Shown here: positions 33,618 to 43,872 of the stretch, piece by piece | Layout of the letters: the number at the start of each line of letters is the position of its first letter | How positions within the stretch are numbered: the stretch's first letter is position 1 | Source of the DNA: a bacterium | Lineage (GTDB): Bacteria > UBA8248 | Assembly (NCBI GenBank): GCA_965221655.1 | Contig: OZ244906.1 | Location: forward strand, 99,633 to 163,632 | Length of the DNA: 64,000 bases | Direction: 5' to 3' | Notes under the pieces: model-generated | Told to the model about the DNA's origin: nothing | The model's input: only the letters and a program-made list of their open reading frames with translations | Database searches by the model: none | Made by a program: the position numbers and the translations under genes

Positions 33618-34655
33618 ATGCAGAAGATCGCCGTGGTCGGCGCCACGGGATATACGGGTTTCGAGCTGTTGCGGCTTTTGGGGTCGCACGGCGGGGTGGA
33701 GGTCGCGGCGTTGACCTCCGAGACCTACGCGGGCAAGCGGGTGGGCGAGGTGTTCCCCGCTCTGGCCTCGGCGTTCGAGACGGTGCTCGAGAAGTTCGAG
33801 GTTTCCGCCTGCGCGGGTGCGGACCTGGTGTTCTGCTGCCTGCCCCACCGCGTGGCGATGAACACCGTCCCCGCCCTGCTCGACGCAGGCCACCGGGTGG
33901 TGGATTTTTCCGCGGATTATCGCCTGCGCGACGCCGCCGTCTACGAGGCGTGGTACGAAACGGAGCACACCTCGCCTGCGCGCATAGCCGAGGCCGTTTA
34001 CGGAATGCCCGAGCTGCATCGCGAGCGCATCGCCGGCGCGCAACTCGTCGCCAACCCGGGCTGCTACCCCACGGGCACGATTCTGGCCCTCGCCCCGCTG
34101 CTTCGGGCAGGGCTCCTTGTGCCCGGCTCGGTCATCGTGGATGCGAAGTCGGGCGTTTCCGGGGCGGGCCGCAAGGCGGCGCTCAACCTCCAGTTCTGCG
34201 AGGTGAACGAGAGGTTCGCGGCCTACGGAGTGGGCAACCACCGCCACACGCCCGAGATCGAACAAGAGCTCTCCGCCGTCCTGGGCGAGGCGGTGCGGGT
34301 GTCCTTCACCCCGCATCTCGTGCCCATGACGCGGGGCATTCTCTCGACCATCTACGCCGAGGCCGCGGGCGGAGCCGACGCTGCTTCGGCGCGCGCCGCG
34401 CTGCGCGACGCCTACGCACAGGAGCCCTTCGTGCGCGTCATGCCCGAGGGCGCACTGCCCAACGTTTCGCAGGTGGCGGGGTCGAACTACGTGGACGTAG
34501 GCCTCGTCCACGACGCGCGCACGGGGCGCTTCGTCGTTGTGGCGGCGATAGACAATCTGGTAAAAGGCGCATCGGGTGCGGCGGTGCAGAACATGAACCT
34601 CATGCTGGGGCTGCCAGAAACGCAGGGCCTTCTTCACGCGGGGTGGTGGATGTGA
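33618..34655 (+). CDS. argC: N-acetyl-gamma-glutamyl-phosphate reductase
   Basis: MQKIAVVGATGYTGFELLRLL. Catalytic Cys in NPGCYPTG. SGAGRKA. Confidence 0.95.
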   Translation: MQKIAVVGATGYTGFELLRLLGSHGGVEVAALTSETYAGKRVGEVFPALASAFETVLEKFEVSACAGADLVFCCLPHRVAMNTVPALLDAGHRVVDFSADYRLRDAAVYEAWYETEHTSPARIAEAVYGMPELHRERIAGAQLVANPGCYPTGTILALAPLLRAGLLVPGSVIVDAKSGVSGAGRKAALNLQFCEVNERFAAYGVGNHRHTPEIEQELSAVLGEAVRVSFTPHLVPMTRGILSTIYAEAAGGADAASARAALRDAYAQEPFVRVMPEGALPNVSQVAGSNYVDVGLVHDARTGRFVVVAAIDNLVKGASGAAVQNMNLMLGLPETQGLLHAGWWM

Positions 34656-34669
34656 GCGAACACGAATTC

Positions 34670-35866
34670 ATGCAGGCGATAGAGGGCGGCGTCTGCGCCG
34701 CTGCCGGCGTGCGCGCGGCTGCGGCGACGGCGGGCATCAAGGCCTCGGGCAAGCCCGACATGGTATTGATAGCCTTCGACCCCCCTGCCGCCGCGGCGGG
34801 TGTTTATACGCGCAACAAAATGTGCGCCGCTCCGGTGACGCTTTGCAGAGAGCGGGTGGGCAAGGCGCCCCTGCGGGCGTTTTTGGTCAACAGCGGCAAC
34901 GCGAATGCGTGCACGGGCAGCCAGGGCTACGCGGACGCCGTGCATCTGTGCGCCCAGGTGGCGGACGCCCTCGACTGCCCCGAAGCCCAGGTTGCCATGT
35001 CCTCCACCGGAGTCATCGGCGCACCACTGCCCGTGGACGTCATGCGCGCGCAGATTGCGCATCTGGTTGCGGACCTCTCGGCGGAGGGCGGCCACGGGGC
35101 GGCGGTGGGCATCATGACGACCGACACGCGGCCCAAGGAGTTCGCCGTCGAGGTGCGCGCCGCGGGCGGCGTATTCCGCGTCGGCGGCATCGCCAAGGGT
35201 GCGGGGATGATAGCCCCCGACATGGCCACCATGCTCGCCTACGTCGCCACGGACGCCGCCCTCGCCCAGGACGACCTGCAAACGCTGCTGGGTGCGGTGG
35301 TGCGCAGGACGTTCAACTGCGTGACGATAGACGGCGACACCTCGACGAACGACACCGTCGTCCTCGCCGCCACGGGTGCATCGGGCGTGGCGGTGGCATC
35401 GGGCGAGGACCTCGCGCGCTTTGAAGCCGCTCTTCACCGCGTGTGCAAGGAACTCGCACTGGCCATCGTGCGCGACGGCGAGGGGGTGAACAAGGTGGTG
35501 GAGGTCAGGATTGCCGGCGCCGCCGACGAGGCGCAGGCGCGCATGGCGGCCAAGTCGGTCTCGGAGAGCCTGTTGGTCAAGACGGCGATTCACGGCGAGA
35601 TGCCCAACTGGGGCCGCGTGTTCGCGGCGGCGGGCTACAGCGGTGCGGAGGTGGCGCCCGAGAAGATGTCGCTCCGCATCGAGGAGGTGGAGGTGATGCG
35701 CGCGGGCGCGCCCGTGCCGGGCTGGGCCGAGACGCTTGCTCCGGTGCTCGAACGCCCCGAGTACGCTCTCGAACTCGGGCTGGGCGTCGGCGAGGCGGAG
35801 GCCGTCTTCTGGACGACGGACCTGAGTGCGGAATACGTGCGCTTCAACGCCGACTACAAGACCTGA
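34670..35866 (+). CDS. argJ: bifunctional glutamate N-acetyltransferase / amino-acid acetyltransferase ArgJ
   Basis: This is the 3' part of track ORF 33521..35866. MQAIEGGVCAAAGVRAAAATAGIK. Autoprocessing site context PDMATMLAYVATDA. C-terminal YVRFNADYKT. GTG 34652, overlapping the argC stop, is an alternative start. Confidence 0.9.
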   Translation: MQAIEGGVCAAAGVRAAAATAGIKASGKPDMVLIAFDPPAAAAGVYTRNKMCAAPVTLCRERVGKAPLRAFLVNSGNANACTGSQGYADAVHLCAQVADALDCPEAQVAMSSTGVIGAPLPVDVMRAQIAHLVADLSAEGGHGAAVGIMTTDTRPKEFAVEVRAAGGVFRVGGIAKGAGMIAPDMATMLAYVATDAALAQDDLQTLLGAVVRRTFNCVTIDGDTSTNDTVVLAATGASGVAVASGEDLARFEAALHRVCKELALAIVRDGEGVNKVVEVRIAGAADEAQARMAAKSVSESLLVKTAIHGEMPNWGRVFAAAGYSGAEVAPEKMSLRIEEVEVMRAGAPVPGWAETLAPVLERPEYALELGLGVGEAEAVFWTTDLSAEYVRFNADYKT

Positions 35867-35867
35867 G

Positions 35868-35900
35868 CGCGCGGGATGGCGGCGACTTGAACCATCCGCG
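35868..35900 (+). terminator. stem-loop just downstream of argJ
   Basis: GCGCGGGATGG (35868-35878) pairs with CCATCCGCGC (35891-35900), a 10 bp stem with one bulged G. No T-tract follows. Confidence 0.3.
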
Positions 35901-36067
35901 CCGTTGTGAGACATTCCCGACGATGCGCGAGCGGTGGCGGACGCCGCGTCGGCGTAGTTGCTCTGCGCATTAGTCAAACAAAATCAAATATTTGAAAATT
36001 CGGCCCCATCCGCCTGGCGGTCGGCAGGGCCCCCCTCGACGAAAGGCGGGGCAAGAGGAGCACAGCC

Positions 36068-36853
<786 letters not shown>

Positions 36854-36916
36854 CCGTCGCCCCCGGCGGCGGGCGAACCCTACGAAGGCCTGATTTCACG
36901 AGGAGAGGTGCAGGGC

Positions 36917-37786
36917 ATGGAAGTTACTGCGCAAATGGTCAAGGAACTCAGGACCCGCACGGGTGCGGGCATCATGGATTGCAAGGACGCCCTGAAAGAA
37001 AACGGGGGGGACTTCGAGGAAGCGGTGCGCTACCTGCGCGAGAAGGGGCTTTCGAGTGCCGCGAAAAAGGCGGGGCGCGAGGCGAGCGAGGGCCAGGTCT
37101 ACGCCTCCGTGTCCGCCGACGCCCGCACGGGCGCCATCGTCGAGGTGAATTGCGAGACGGACTTCGTCGCCCGCACCGAGGATTTTCAGGCCCTGCTCGA
37201 GGCGGTCGCGGGCCACGTGGCGCAAAACGGCGGAGAAGGCCTTGCGGACGCATTGCGCGAGGTGACGACCGAGGCCATCGCCAAACTGGGTGAGAACATC
37301 GTCGTCGCGCGCGGAGAGCGCCTCGCCCTGGCCGATGGCGAGGCGGGCGAGGTGGCCTCCTACATCCACCCGGGCGGGCGCATCGGCGTGATGCTCGATT
37401 TGCGCTGCGATACGCCGGAGAAGGCGAGCGACGCCGCATTCGCCGAGACCGCGCGCGATCTGGCCATGCACGTCGCGGCGAGCAGCCCCCAGTTCCTCTC
37501 CGAAGACGCCATCCCCGAGGTGGTTCTTCAGAGCGAGCGCGAGATTCTTCTCGCCCAGCAGAAAGATTCGGGAAAGCCCGAGCATATTCTCGAGAAAATC
37601 GTCGAGGGACGCATCGCCAAGTTCAAGAAGGAAATTTGTTTGCTCGATCAGCCGTTCGTCAAAGACACGGACAAGACGGTCCGGGCGTACATCGAGGACA
37701 GGGGCAAGGAGCTGGGCGAGGAAATTCAGGTATCTTCCTGGGTGCGCTATCAACTCGGCGGAGGCTCCGCGCCGGACGAAGCGTAG
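36917..37786 (+). CDS. tsf: translation elongation factor Ts
   Basis: [44 protein letters not shown] (UBA-like N-terminus). Confidence 0.95.
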   Translation: MEVTAQMVKELRTRTGAGIMDCKDALKENGGDFEEAVRYLREKGLSSAAKKAGREASEGQVYASVSADARTGAIVEVNCETDFVARTEDFQALLEAVAGHVAQNGGEGLADALREVTTEAIAKLGENIVVARGERLALADGEAGEVASYIHPGGRIGVMLDLRCDTPEKASDAAFAETARDLAMHVAASSPQFLSEDAIPEVVLQSEREILLAQQKDSGKPEHILEKIVEGRIAKFKKEICLLDQPFVKDTDKTVRAYIEDRGKELGEEIQVSSWVRYQLGGGSAPDEA

Positions 37787-37839
37787 GGAAATCCTCGGCA
37801 CCGCCCATCGTCATCGGCGTGAAACGCAAAGGGGTGTCC

Positions 37840-38568
37840 ATGCGCGGCAACCTGCGATTCAAGCGCATTCTGCTCAAGCTCTCGGGCGAAGCCCTGGGGG
37901 GCGACGCCAGGTACGGCATCGACCACAACGTCGTTGACGACATAGCGCAGGAAATCCACGAAATCCACCGGATGGGGGTGGAGGTCGCCATCGTCGTCGG
38001 CGGGGGAAACATCTTCCGGGGCGCGGCGGCCGCCGCCGCGGGCATGGAGCGCACCAACGCCGACTACATGGGCATGCTCGCCACGGTCATCAATGCCCTG
38101 GCACTCCAGCACGCTCTGGAGAAGGTGCACCTCGCCACCCGCGTCCAGAGTGCGATCCACATGGCCGAGTTGTGCGAGCCCTACATCAGAAGGCGCGCGG
38201 TGCGCCACCTGGAGAAGAATCGCGTCGTCATCTTCGCGGGCGGCACGGGCAATCCCTACTTCACGACGGACACGACGGCGAGCCTGCGCGCCATCGAGGT
38301 GGGGGCGGAGTGCATTCTCAAGGCGACGAACGTCGAGGGCGTCTTCTCCGCCGACCCCAACGAGGATGAGACGGCCGAGTTCATCGACGAGCTCACCTAC
38401 ATCGACGTGCTCAACCGCCAGCTCGCCGTCATGGACACCACCGCCGTCAGCTTGTGCATGGACAACAATTTGCCCATCATCGTCTTCAACCTGCTCGAGC
38501 CCGGCAACATTCGCCGCGTGGTCGAAGGCGCGCAGGTGGGCACCCTGGTGAAGGCCGGCCGGGATTGA
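37840..38568 (+). CDS. pyrH: UMP kinase
   Basis: ORF 37636..38568; ATG 37840 gives [19 protein letters not shown]. Also [10 protein letters not shown] and NPYFTTDT. Confidence 0.95.
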   Translation: MRGNLRFKRILLKLSGEALGGDARYGIDHNVVDDIAQEIHEIHRMGVEVAIVVGGGNIFRGAAAAAAGMERTNADYMGMLATVINALALQHALEKVHLATRVQSAIHMAELCEPYIRRRAVRHLEKNRVVIFAGGTGNPYFTTDTTASLRAIEVGAECILKATNVEGVFSADPNEDETAEFIDELTYIDVLNRQLAVMDTTAVSLCMDNNLPIIVFNLLEPGNIRRVVEGAQVGTLVKAGRD

Positions 38569-38608
38569 GGCGAGGCAATGTCGGAGCACGAAGGGGAGGG
38601 AAAGCGCG

Positions 38609-39163
38609 ATGAATGACGTGTTGGCCGCGCTCGAGAAGAAAATGCGCTCCACGGTGGAATCCTACAAATCCGAGGCCGCCCGCGTCCGCACCGGGCGTGC
38701 CTCGCCGAGCCTGGTGAGCGGCGTGCTGGTCGACTACTACGGAACGTCCACGCCCCTCAACCAGCTCGCCACGCTCAGCGTGCCCGAGCCGCAGCTCATC
38801 GTCGTGCAGCCCTTTGACATGAACTCGCTGGGCGACATCGAGAAGGCGATTCAGGCGGCGGGGCTGGGGCTGAACCCCGCGAACGACGGCAAGATCATCC
38901 GCGTGCCCGTGCCGGCCCTCACGGAGGAGCGTCGCAAGGAGATGGTAAAACTCCTCCGCCAGATGACCGAGGACCACAAGGTCGCGCTCCGCAACATCAG
39001 GCGCGAGGGCAACGACGGCATCAAGGACCTCGAGAAGAAAAAAGAGATTACCGAGGACGAACTCCGAAAGGGGCAGGGAGACGTGCAAAAGCTCACCGAT
39101 CGGTTCGTCTCCGAACTCGACGACTTGCTTGCGGCGAAAGAGAAAGAGATTCTGGAAGTCTAG
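38609..39163 (+). CDS. frr: ribosome recycling factor
   Basis: 184 aa, ...RTGRASPSLVSGVLVDYYG...LGLNPANDGKIIRVPVPALTEERRKE... Confidence 0.95.
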   Translation: MNDVLAALEKKMRSTVESYKSEAARVRTGRASPSLVSGVLVDYYGTSTPLNQLATLSVPEPQLIVVQPFDMNSLGDIEKAIQAAGLGLNPANDGKIIRVPVPALTEERRKEMVKLLRQMTEDHKVALRNIRREGNDGIKDLEKKKEITEDELRKGQGDVQKLTDRFVSELDDLLAAKEKEILEV

Positions 39164-39184
39164 CTCGCCTGCGCTGGAGCGCAT

Positions 39185-39943
39185 ATGGAGTTTCGCATCG
39201 ACCCACGCATCGACCTGGACAGGCTTCCCCGCCACGTCGGCATCATCATGGACGGAAACGGCCGCTGGGCGCAAAAGCGGCGCCTCCCGCGGGTTGCGGG
39301 CCACAGGGAGGGTGTGAAGTCCGTCGACAGGGTGGTCGCCCATGCGCGCCGCATGGGGGTCGAGGCGCTGACCCTCTACAGTTTTTCTCTCGAAAACTGG
39401 AATCGCCCGAAAGACGAGGTAGACGCCTTGATGGACATTCTGGCCGATTACCTCGACCGCGAACTCCCCAGAATGATGCGCGAGGGCATTCGCTTCAACA
39501 CCATCGGCCACGAGGAGGACCTCCCCCTGTTCGCGCGCAAGGTCGTGCAGTACGTCAAGCACGAGACGGCCGGGCAGGAGGGGATGATTCTTACCCTCGC
39601 CCTCAGCTACGGTGCGCGCCGCGAGATTGCCGACGCGGCGCGGGCCATCTCCGAGGAGGTGCGCAAGGGGGTTCTCCAGCCTGAGGAGATCGACGAGAGC
39701 GACGTGGAACGCCACCTCTCCACGGCGGACCTGCCGACGCTCGACCTGTTGATTCGCACGAGCGGAGAACTCCGCCTCTCGAACTACCTCCTCTGGCAGG
39801 CGGCGTACGCCGAGCTTTACTTCACCGACATCAAATGGCCCGAATTCGGGGAGCGCGAACTCGAAGACGCCATTCTCGCCTACCAGTCTCGGGTGCGGAA
39901 GTTCGGCTTGACCGAGGAGCAGTTCACGACGCGGAGAAACTAG
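39185..39943 (+). CDS. uppS: undecaprenyl (isoprenyl) diphosphate synthase
   Basis: HVGIIMDGNGRWA, LTLYSFSLENWNRP, RTSGELRLSNYLLWQAAYAELYF. Confidence 0.95.
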   Translation: MEFRIDPRIDLDRLPRHVGIIMDGNGRWAQKRRLPRVAGHREGVKSVDRVVAHARRMGVEALTLYSFSLENWNRPKDEVDALMDILADYLDRELPRMMREGIRFNTIGHEEDLPLFARKVVQYVKHETAGQEGMILTLALSYGARREIADAARAISEEVRKGVLQPEEIDESDVERHLSTADLPTLDLLIRTSGELRLSNYLLWQAAYAELYFTDIKWPEFGERELEDAILAYQSRVRKFGLTEEQFTTRRN

Positions 39944-39946
39944 CTC

Positions 39947-40732
39947 TTGACCCGCCTCCTCAGCGCCCTCGTGCTTGCGGCGCCCGTTCTCGCCATCGTG
40001 TTCTTCGCCCCCTCCGTAGTGTTTCTCTGCCTGACGCTCGTGCTCGTGTTTCGCGCGGGCTGGGAGTTTCAGGGTCTCATCGGCCTGTGCGGATGGCGCG
40101 TCGGCGTCTGGGAGGGAGCCCTGGACGCCTGCGCGTTCGCCCTCGCGGTGTGGGTGGGCGGCGTGTTCCCCGCCCTGGTGTTCGGCGTCGTGATACTGCG
40201 CGTCCTGGCCAAAACGCTTCTGGGCGAATCGGGGCTGTTCCCGGCGGGGTTGTGGCTGCTCGGCGTGGCATGGGTGGGCGGCGCGGGGGGACTGCTCGCC
40301 CTGGTGCGCGATTTTCCGGGCGGGCGGGAGGCCGTTTTCTTCCTCTTCGCCGTCGTATGGGCGAACGACGTCGCGGCGATGTACGTCGGCAAGGCGTGGG
40401 GGAGAAGAAAACTCGCCCCGCGCATCAGCCCGGGCAAGACGATGGAGGGTGCGGTCGGCGGCGTTCTCGCGGGGGTTATCGCGGGGGTTCTCACGGTGAA
40501 CTGGGCGGGCGTGCCCGGCGTCGACGCGGACCTCGCGGCTCCGCTCGCGCTTGCGCTCGGCCTGTGTGCGCTGGCGGGCGATTTGGGCGAGTCGGTTCTC
40601 AAGCGCGCCGCGGGTGCGAAAGACGCATCCGCCATCATCCCCGGCCACGGGGGGGTGCTCGACAGAATCGACGGCTTGCTGGTGGCGGGTCCTGCGTTCT
40701 ATGGTTACCTGTATCTGACGGGAACCCTTTGA
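39947..40732 (+). CDS. cdsA: phosphatidate cytidylyltransferase
   Basis: TTG start. Multi-TM. Motifs GKRKLAPRISPGKTMEG and SVLKRAAGAKDASAIIPGHGGVLDRIDG. Confidence 0.9.
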   Translation: MTRLLSALVLAAPVLAIVFFAPSVVFLCLTLVLVFRAGWEFQGLIGLCGWRVGVWEGALDACAFALAVWVGGVFPALVFGVVILRVLAKTLLGESGLFPAGLWLLGVAWVGGAGGLLALVRDFPGGREAVFFLFAVVWANDVAAMYVGKAWGRRKLAPRISPGKTMEGAVGGVLAGVIAGVLTVNWAGVPGVDADLAAPLALALGLCALAGDLGESVLKRAAGAKDASAIIPGHGGVLDRIDGLLVAGPAFYGYLYLTGTL

Positions 40733-40760
40733 GGCCCGCACCGAGCGGCGGGGGGAGCAC

Positions 40761-41930
40761 ATGGAGCGTCGCGAGATCGCCATACTCGGCTCCACGGGCA
40801 GCATCGGGGAAAATGCGCTCGACGTCGTCTCGCGCTTTCCCGAGCGCATCGACGTGGTGGCGCTCGCCGCGGGCAGAAGCTGGGAGCGGCTGGTGGAGCA
40901 GGCCGAACGATTCGGCCCCCGCCTCGTCTCCGTGGCTGAGGCTGCGGACGCCGCGCGCGTGCGCGACGCCCTCCCGCCCGGCATCGCCGTGCTTTCGGGG
41001 GAGGAGGGGCTCCTGGAGGTCGCCGCGGGGGCAGGTGCGGGCATTGTCGTCTCCGCTCTGGTGGGGGCCGCCGGTCTCGAGCCGACGCTGGCCGCCATCG
41101 ACGCGGGCGCCTCTATCGCGCTTGCGAACAAGGAGGTGCTCGTCATGGCGGGCGAGCTCGTCACCTCGCGCGTCTCGGCACAGGGGGTGGAGCTGCTCCC
41201 CGTGGACAGCGAGCACGCAGGCGTGGCGCAGGCACTGGCCGACAGACCTCACGCCCACGTGGAGCGCATCGTGCTCACGGCCTCGGGTGGGCCCTTTCGC
41301 AACCATACGCTCGAGCAGATGCGCGGCGTCTCGCGCGAGGAAGCGCTCGACCACCCCAACTGGCAGATGGGCCCCAAGATCACCATCGATTCCGCCTCGA
41401 TGATGAACAAGGGTCTCGAAATCATAGAGGCGCGCTGGCTCTTCGGACTGCGGCCCGAACAGGTGGACGTGCTGGTGCACCCCCAGAGCATCGTCCACGC
41501 CATGGTGGAGTTCGTCGACGGCAGCTTCGTCGCGCAGATGAGCGTGCCCGACATGCGGATTCCCATCGCCCAGGCCGTCTTCTCGCCCGAGAAGCTGCCC
41601 ATCGAGGCGCCGAGGCTCGACCTCGCCGAGGTCGGTTCTCTCACCTTTGAAGAACCCGCCCCGGAGCGCTTCCCCTGTCTCGTCCACGCGAAGAACGCGC
41701 TGCGCGAGGGGGGCACGGCCCCCGCTGTTTTGAACGCGGCGAACGAGGTGGCCGTGGCGTCGTTTCTGGCCGGGGAGTCGGGGTTTATGGACATCCCCGA
41801 GGTGGTGGGGGCGACGCTCGACGCGCACGCGGGCGCGGGGGCGGACGCACTCGACACGATTCTGGAGGCGGATGGCTGGGCGCGCGCATACGCCGCCGCC
41901 CGGCTGAACGGAAACGCTTCGGGCGCATAG
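40761..41930 (+). CDS. dxr: 1-deoxy-D-xylulose-5-phosphate reductoisomerase
   Basis: IAILGSTGSIGENAL, LANKEVLVMAG, LPVDSEH, NKGLEIIEA. Confidence 0.95.
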   Translation: MERREIAILGSTGSIGENALDVVSRFPERIDVVALAAGRSWERLVEQAERFGPRLVSVAEAADAARVRDALPPGIAVLSGEEGLLEVAAGAGAGIVVSALVGAAGLEPTLAAIDAGASIALANKEVLVMAGELVTSRVSAQGVELLPVDSEHAGVAQALADRPHAHVERIVLTASGGPFRNHTLEQMRGVSREEALDHPNWQMGPKITIDSASMMNKGLEIIEARWLFGLRPEQVDVLVHPQSIVHAMVEFVDGSFVAQMSVPDMRIPIAQAVFSPEKLPIEAPRLDLAEVGSLTFEEPAPERFPCLVHAKNALREGGTAPAVLNAANEVAVASFLAGESGFMDIPEVVGATLDAHAGAGADALDTILEADGWARAYAAARLNGNASGA

Positions 41931-41935
41931 GGACG

Positions 41936-42406
41936 ATGGGGGGTCGGGACGCATACCGCACTCTGCCCTGGTTCGTCGCGACGCTGGGCGGGTTGGGACG
42001 ATTCCCCCGCGCACCGGGAACGGCGGCCTCTCTGGCGGCCGTCTTGCTGTATGGGCTCTTGTACGGGGCGGACCCCCGCCTGCCGCTCGTGTTTCTCCTC
42101 GTTCTGGTTCCGCTCGCGGTGTGGGGGGCGGGGCGCTGCGAGACGCTCGCGGGGCGGCGCGACCCCCCTGAGGTCGTCGTCGACGAATGGGTGGGCCAGT
42201 TTGTCTGCCTCCTCGGGGTGGAACCGACGCCGGGCGGGCTGGTGGCGGGCTTTATTGCTTTTCGCGTTTTTGACGTCGTGAAGCCGCCGCCCGTCGGGCG
42301 CGCCGAGAGGCTGCCGGGCGGGCTGGGCATAGTGGCGGACGACGTGGTGGCGGGCGTCATGGGCCGGATGGTTTTGTTCGTTCTGGCCTACGCGGGATTC
42401 CTCTGA
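41936..42406 (+). CDS. pgpA: phosphatidylglycerophosphatase A
   Basis: VATLGGLGRFPRAPGTAASL, DPPEVVVDEWVGQ, FRVFDVVKPPP, G(L)GIVADDVVAGV. Confidence 0.85.
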   Translation: MGGRDAYRTLPWFVATLGGLGRFPRAPGTAASLAAVLLYGLLYGADPRLPLVFLLVLVPLAVWGAGRCETLAGRRDPPEVVVDEWVGQFVCLLGVEPTPGGLVAGFIAFRVFDVVKPPPVGRAERLPGGLGIVADDVVAGVMGRMVLFVLAYAGFL

Positions 42407-42424
42407 TCGGGCGGGAGGAAGGGC

Positions 42425-42916
42425 ATGGCGGAGTCGGTGGAGGCGTGGCTCGGCGTGCGGCTGGGCGAGAAGGGCTGGCGCATCGCCACGGCGGAGAGTT
42501 GCACGGGCGGGCTGATAGCGAGCCGCATTACCGACGTTTCGGGCAGTTCGGCGTATTTCGAGCGCGGCTTCGTGACCTACAGCAACGAGGCGAAAATGGA
42601 GCTTCTCAGCGTGGCGAAGGAGATTGTGGCGGCCGAGGGCGGCCCCGGGGCGGTGAGCGAGGCTTGTGCGCGCGCGATGGCCGAGGGTGTCCGCGCGGCG
42701 GCCGGCAGCGAGGTGGGGCTGTCGGTTACGGGCATTGCCGGCCCTGGGGGCGGAAGCGCAGAAAAACCCGTCGGCACGGTCTACATGGCCGTCGCCCTGC
42801 CTTCGGGCACGACCTGTAAGCATTGCCTGTTCGCGGGCTCGCGCCTCGAGGTCAAGGCGCAGACGGCCCAGGCCGCTCTCGAGATGGTGCGCGACGCCCT
42901 GCAAACCGCCGGCTGA
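42425..42916 (+). CDS. pncC: CinA C-terminal-domain protein (nicotinamide-nucleotide amidase PncC-like)
   Basis: IATAESCTGGLIASRITDVSGSSAYFERGFVTYSNEAK...GLSVTGIAGPGGGSAEKPVGTVY. Confidence 0.85.
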   Translation: MAESVEAWLGVRLGEKGWRIATAESCTGGLIASRITDVSGSSAYFERGFVTYSNEAKMELLSVAKEIVAAEGGPGAVSEACARAMAEGVRAAAGSEVGLSVTGIAGPGGGSAEKPVGTVYMAVALPSGTTCKHCLFAGSRLEVKAQTAQAALEMVRDALQTAG

Positions 42917-42926
42917 GGAGTGCGGG

Positions 42927-43502
42927 GTGCGCGTTTTTTTCGCGATTCCGTGGAGCGAGGAGGAGCGCGGGCGCATCGCCTCCCTCCAGGAAGCGCTCGC
43001 CACCATGCCCGCGCTGGATGATTTTCGCTGGGCGCGGGCTGAGAACGTTCACCTCACCCTGCGCTTTTTGGGCGAGACGCCGAATGAGCGCGTCGATGCC
43101 GCAGCGGGCGCCCTGCGCCGCGCGTGCGCGGGGGTTTGCGCCTTCGGGGTCTCGATGGATCGTTTCGGCGTCTTTCCGAACCTCAAGCACCCCGGCGTCG
43201 TTTGGCTCGGCCCCGCCGAAACGCCCCCGCCCCTGGCGGATCTCGAAGCACGGCTCGCACACCATCTGGGCGAGGCGGGTTTCCCGGCGCATGAGCGGCC
43301 CTTCCGCCCCCACGTGACGCTGGCGCGCCGCCGCTCGCGCGCGGGTTCCCCCGCTGGCCTCGAGGGCGAACTCGCAACTGCGGAGCGGCGCTGGCTCACG
43401 CCCCCTCTGGTGTGCCGCGCGCGTGAGGCGGTTTTGTTCCGCAGCGAACTCAACCCCTCGGGCGCCATCCACACGACGGTGGAAAAAGTGGCGCTGGGCT
43501 AG
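42927..43502 (+). CDS. thpR: RNA 2',3'-cyclic phosphodiesterase (2H family, ThpR/LigT)
   Basis: This is the 3' part of track ORF 42666..43502, with a GTG start at 42927 (VRVFFAIP...). Two HxTx motifs, HLTLRF and HVTLAR. Confidence 0.85.
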   Translation: MRVFFAIPWSEEERGRIASLQEALATMPALDDFRWARAENVHLTLRFLGETPNERVDAAAGALRRACAGVCAFGVSMDRFGVFPNLKHPGVVWLGPAETPPPLADLEARLAHHLGEAGFPAHERPFRPHVTLARRRSRAGSPAGLEGELATAERRWLTPPLVCRAREAVLFRSELNPSGAIHTTVEKVALG

Positions 43503-43634
43503 CCCGCGCAGGCTGTAGCGGGAAAAGATGCGGCCTGGGTCGCGCAGCACCTCCCCAGGCGGGGAGAAGCAATGCATGCCGCCATGCGCAGGGCTGCAAA
43601 CGCCTCGTATCCGCTCCCATGCGGAGCGCGGTCG

Positions 43635-43653
43635 TTTTTCCGAAAAATTTTCG
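43635..43653. promoter_or_regulatory. overlapping A/T palindromes abutting the recA -35 element (candidate operator or UP-like element)
   Basis: TTTTTC-C-GAAAAA (43635-47) overlaps CGAAAA-A-TTTTCG (43641-53). Sequence this A/T-rich is unusual in this DNA. Confidence 0.35.
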
Positions 43654-43662
43654 CTTTTTTGC

Positions 43663-43691
43663 TTGATTCGCCCGTTCTTTTTACGTATATT
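43663..43691 (+). promoter_or_regulatory. candidate sigma70 promoter of recA
   Basis: TTGATT (43663-68), 17 nt spacer, TATATT (43686-91). Implies a ~175-nt leader before ATG 43873. Confidence 0.5.
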
Positions 43692-43872
43692 TAGCGAAAG
43701 TCAGCCATCCGCCGATCAGGGAAGCCCGAATGAATACGAGGACGAGGCCCGCCCCGCGCGCGTTCGCAATGCCGCGTCGCGTCTTGCGCGAAGGGACCCA
43801 ATCCCTTACATTCGACCTGTATCCTTCGTCGCCCGAATCGGCAAGCCTTCTTTCGTCCAAGGGAGTTTTCCG

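Noticed and set aside
33521-35866. 781-aa plus-strand ORF.
   Set aside because: Its first ~380 codons are an out-of-frame shadow of argC (33618-34655). Only the part from ~34652/34670 onward is ArgJ.
35962-35999. dif-like sequence TGCGCATTAGTCAAACAAAATCAAAT and the palindrome TCAAATATTTGA (35984-35995) upstream of rpsB.
   Set aside because: It matches only about 14 of 22 arm positions of E. coli dif by my hand alignment. The conserved ATAA-N6-TTAT inverted core is absent. More likely this is just the AT-rich rpsB promoter region.
43641-43653. CGAAAAATTTTCG read as a Gram-positive-type LexA (Cheo) box.
   Set aside because: The Cheo box is CGAAC-N4-GTTCG (14 nt). This element is 13 nt and lacks the C/G at the inner half-site positions. 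I kept it only as an unassigned candidate operator.
43528-43872. In-frame 115-codon N-terminal extension of recA.
   Set aside because: The translation (…[36 protein letters not shown]…) is not protein-like and spans an AT-rich promoter. Canonical RecA starts at ATG 43873, which has an SD.
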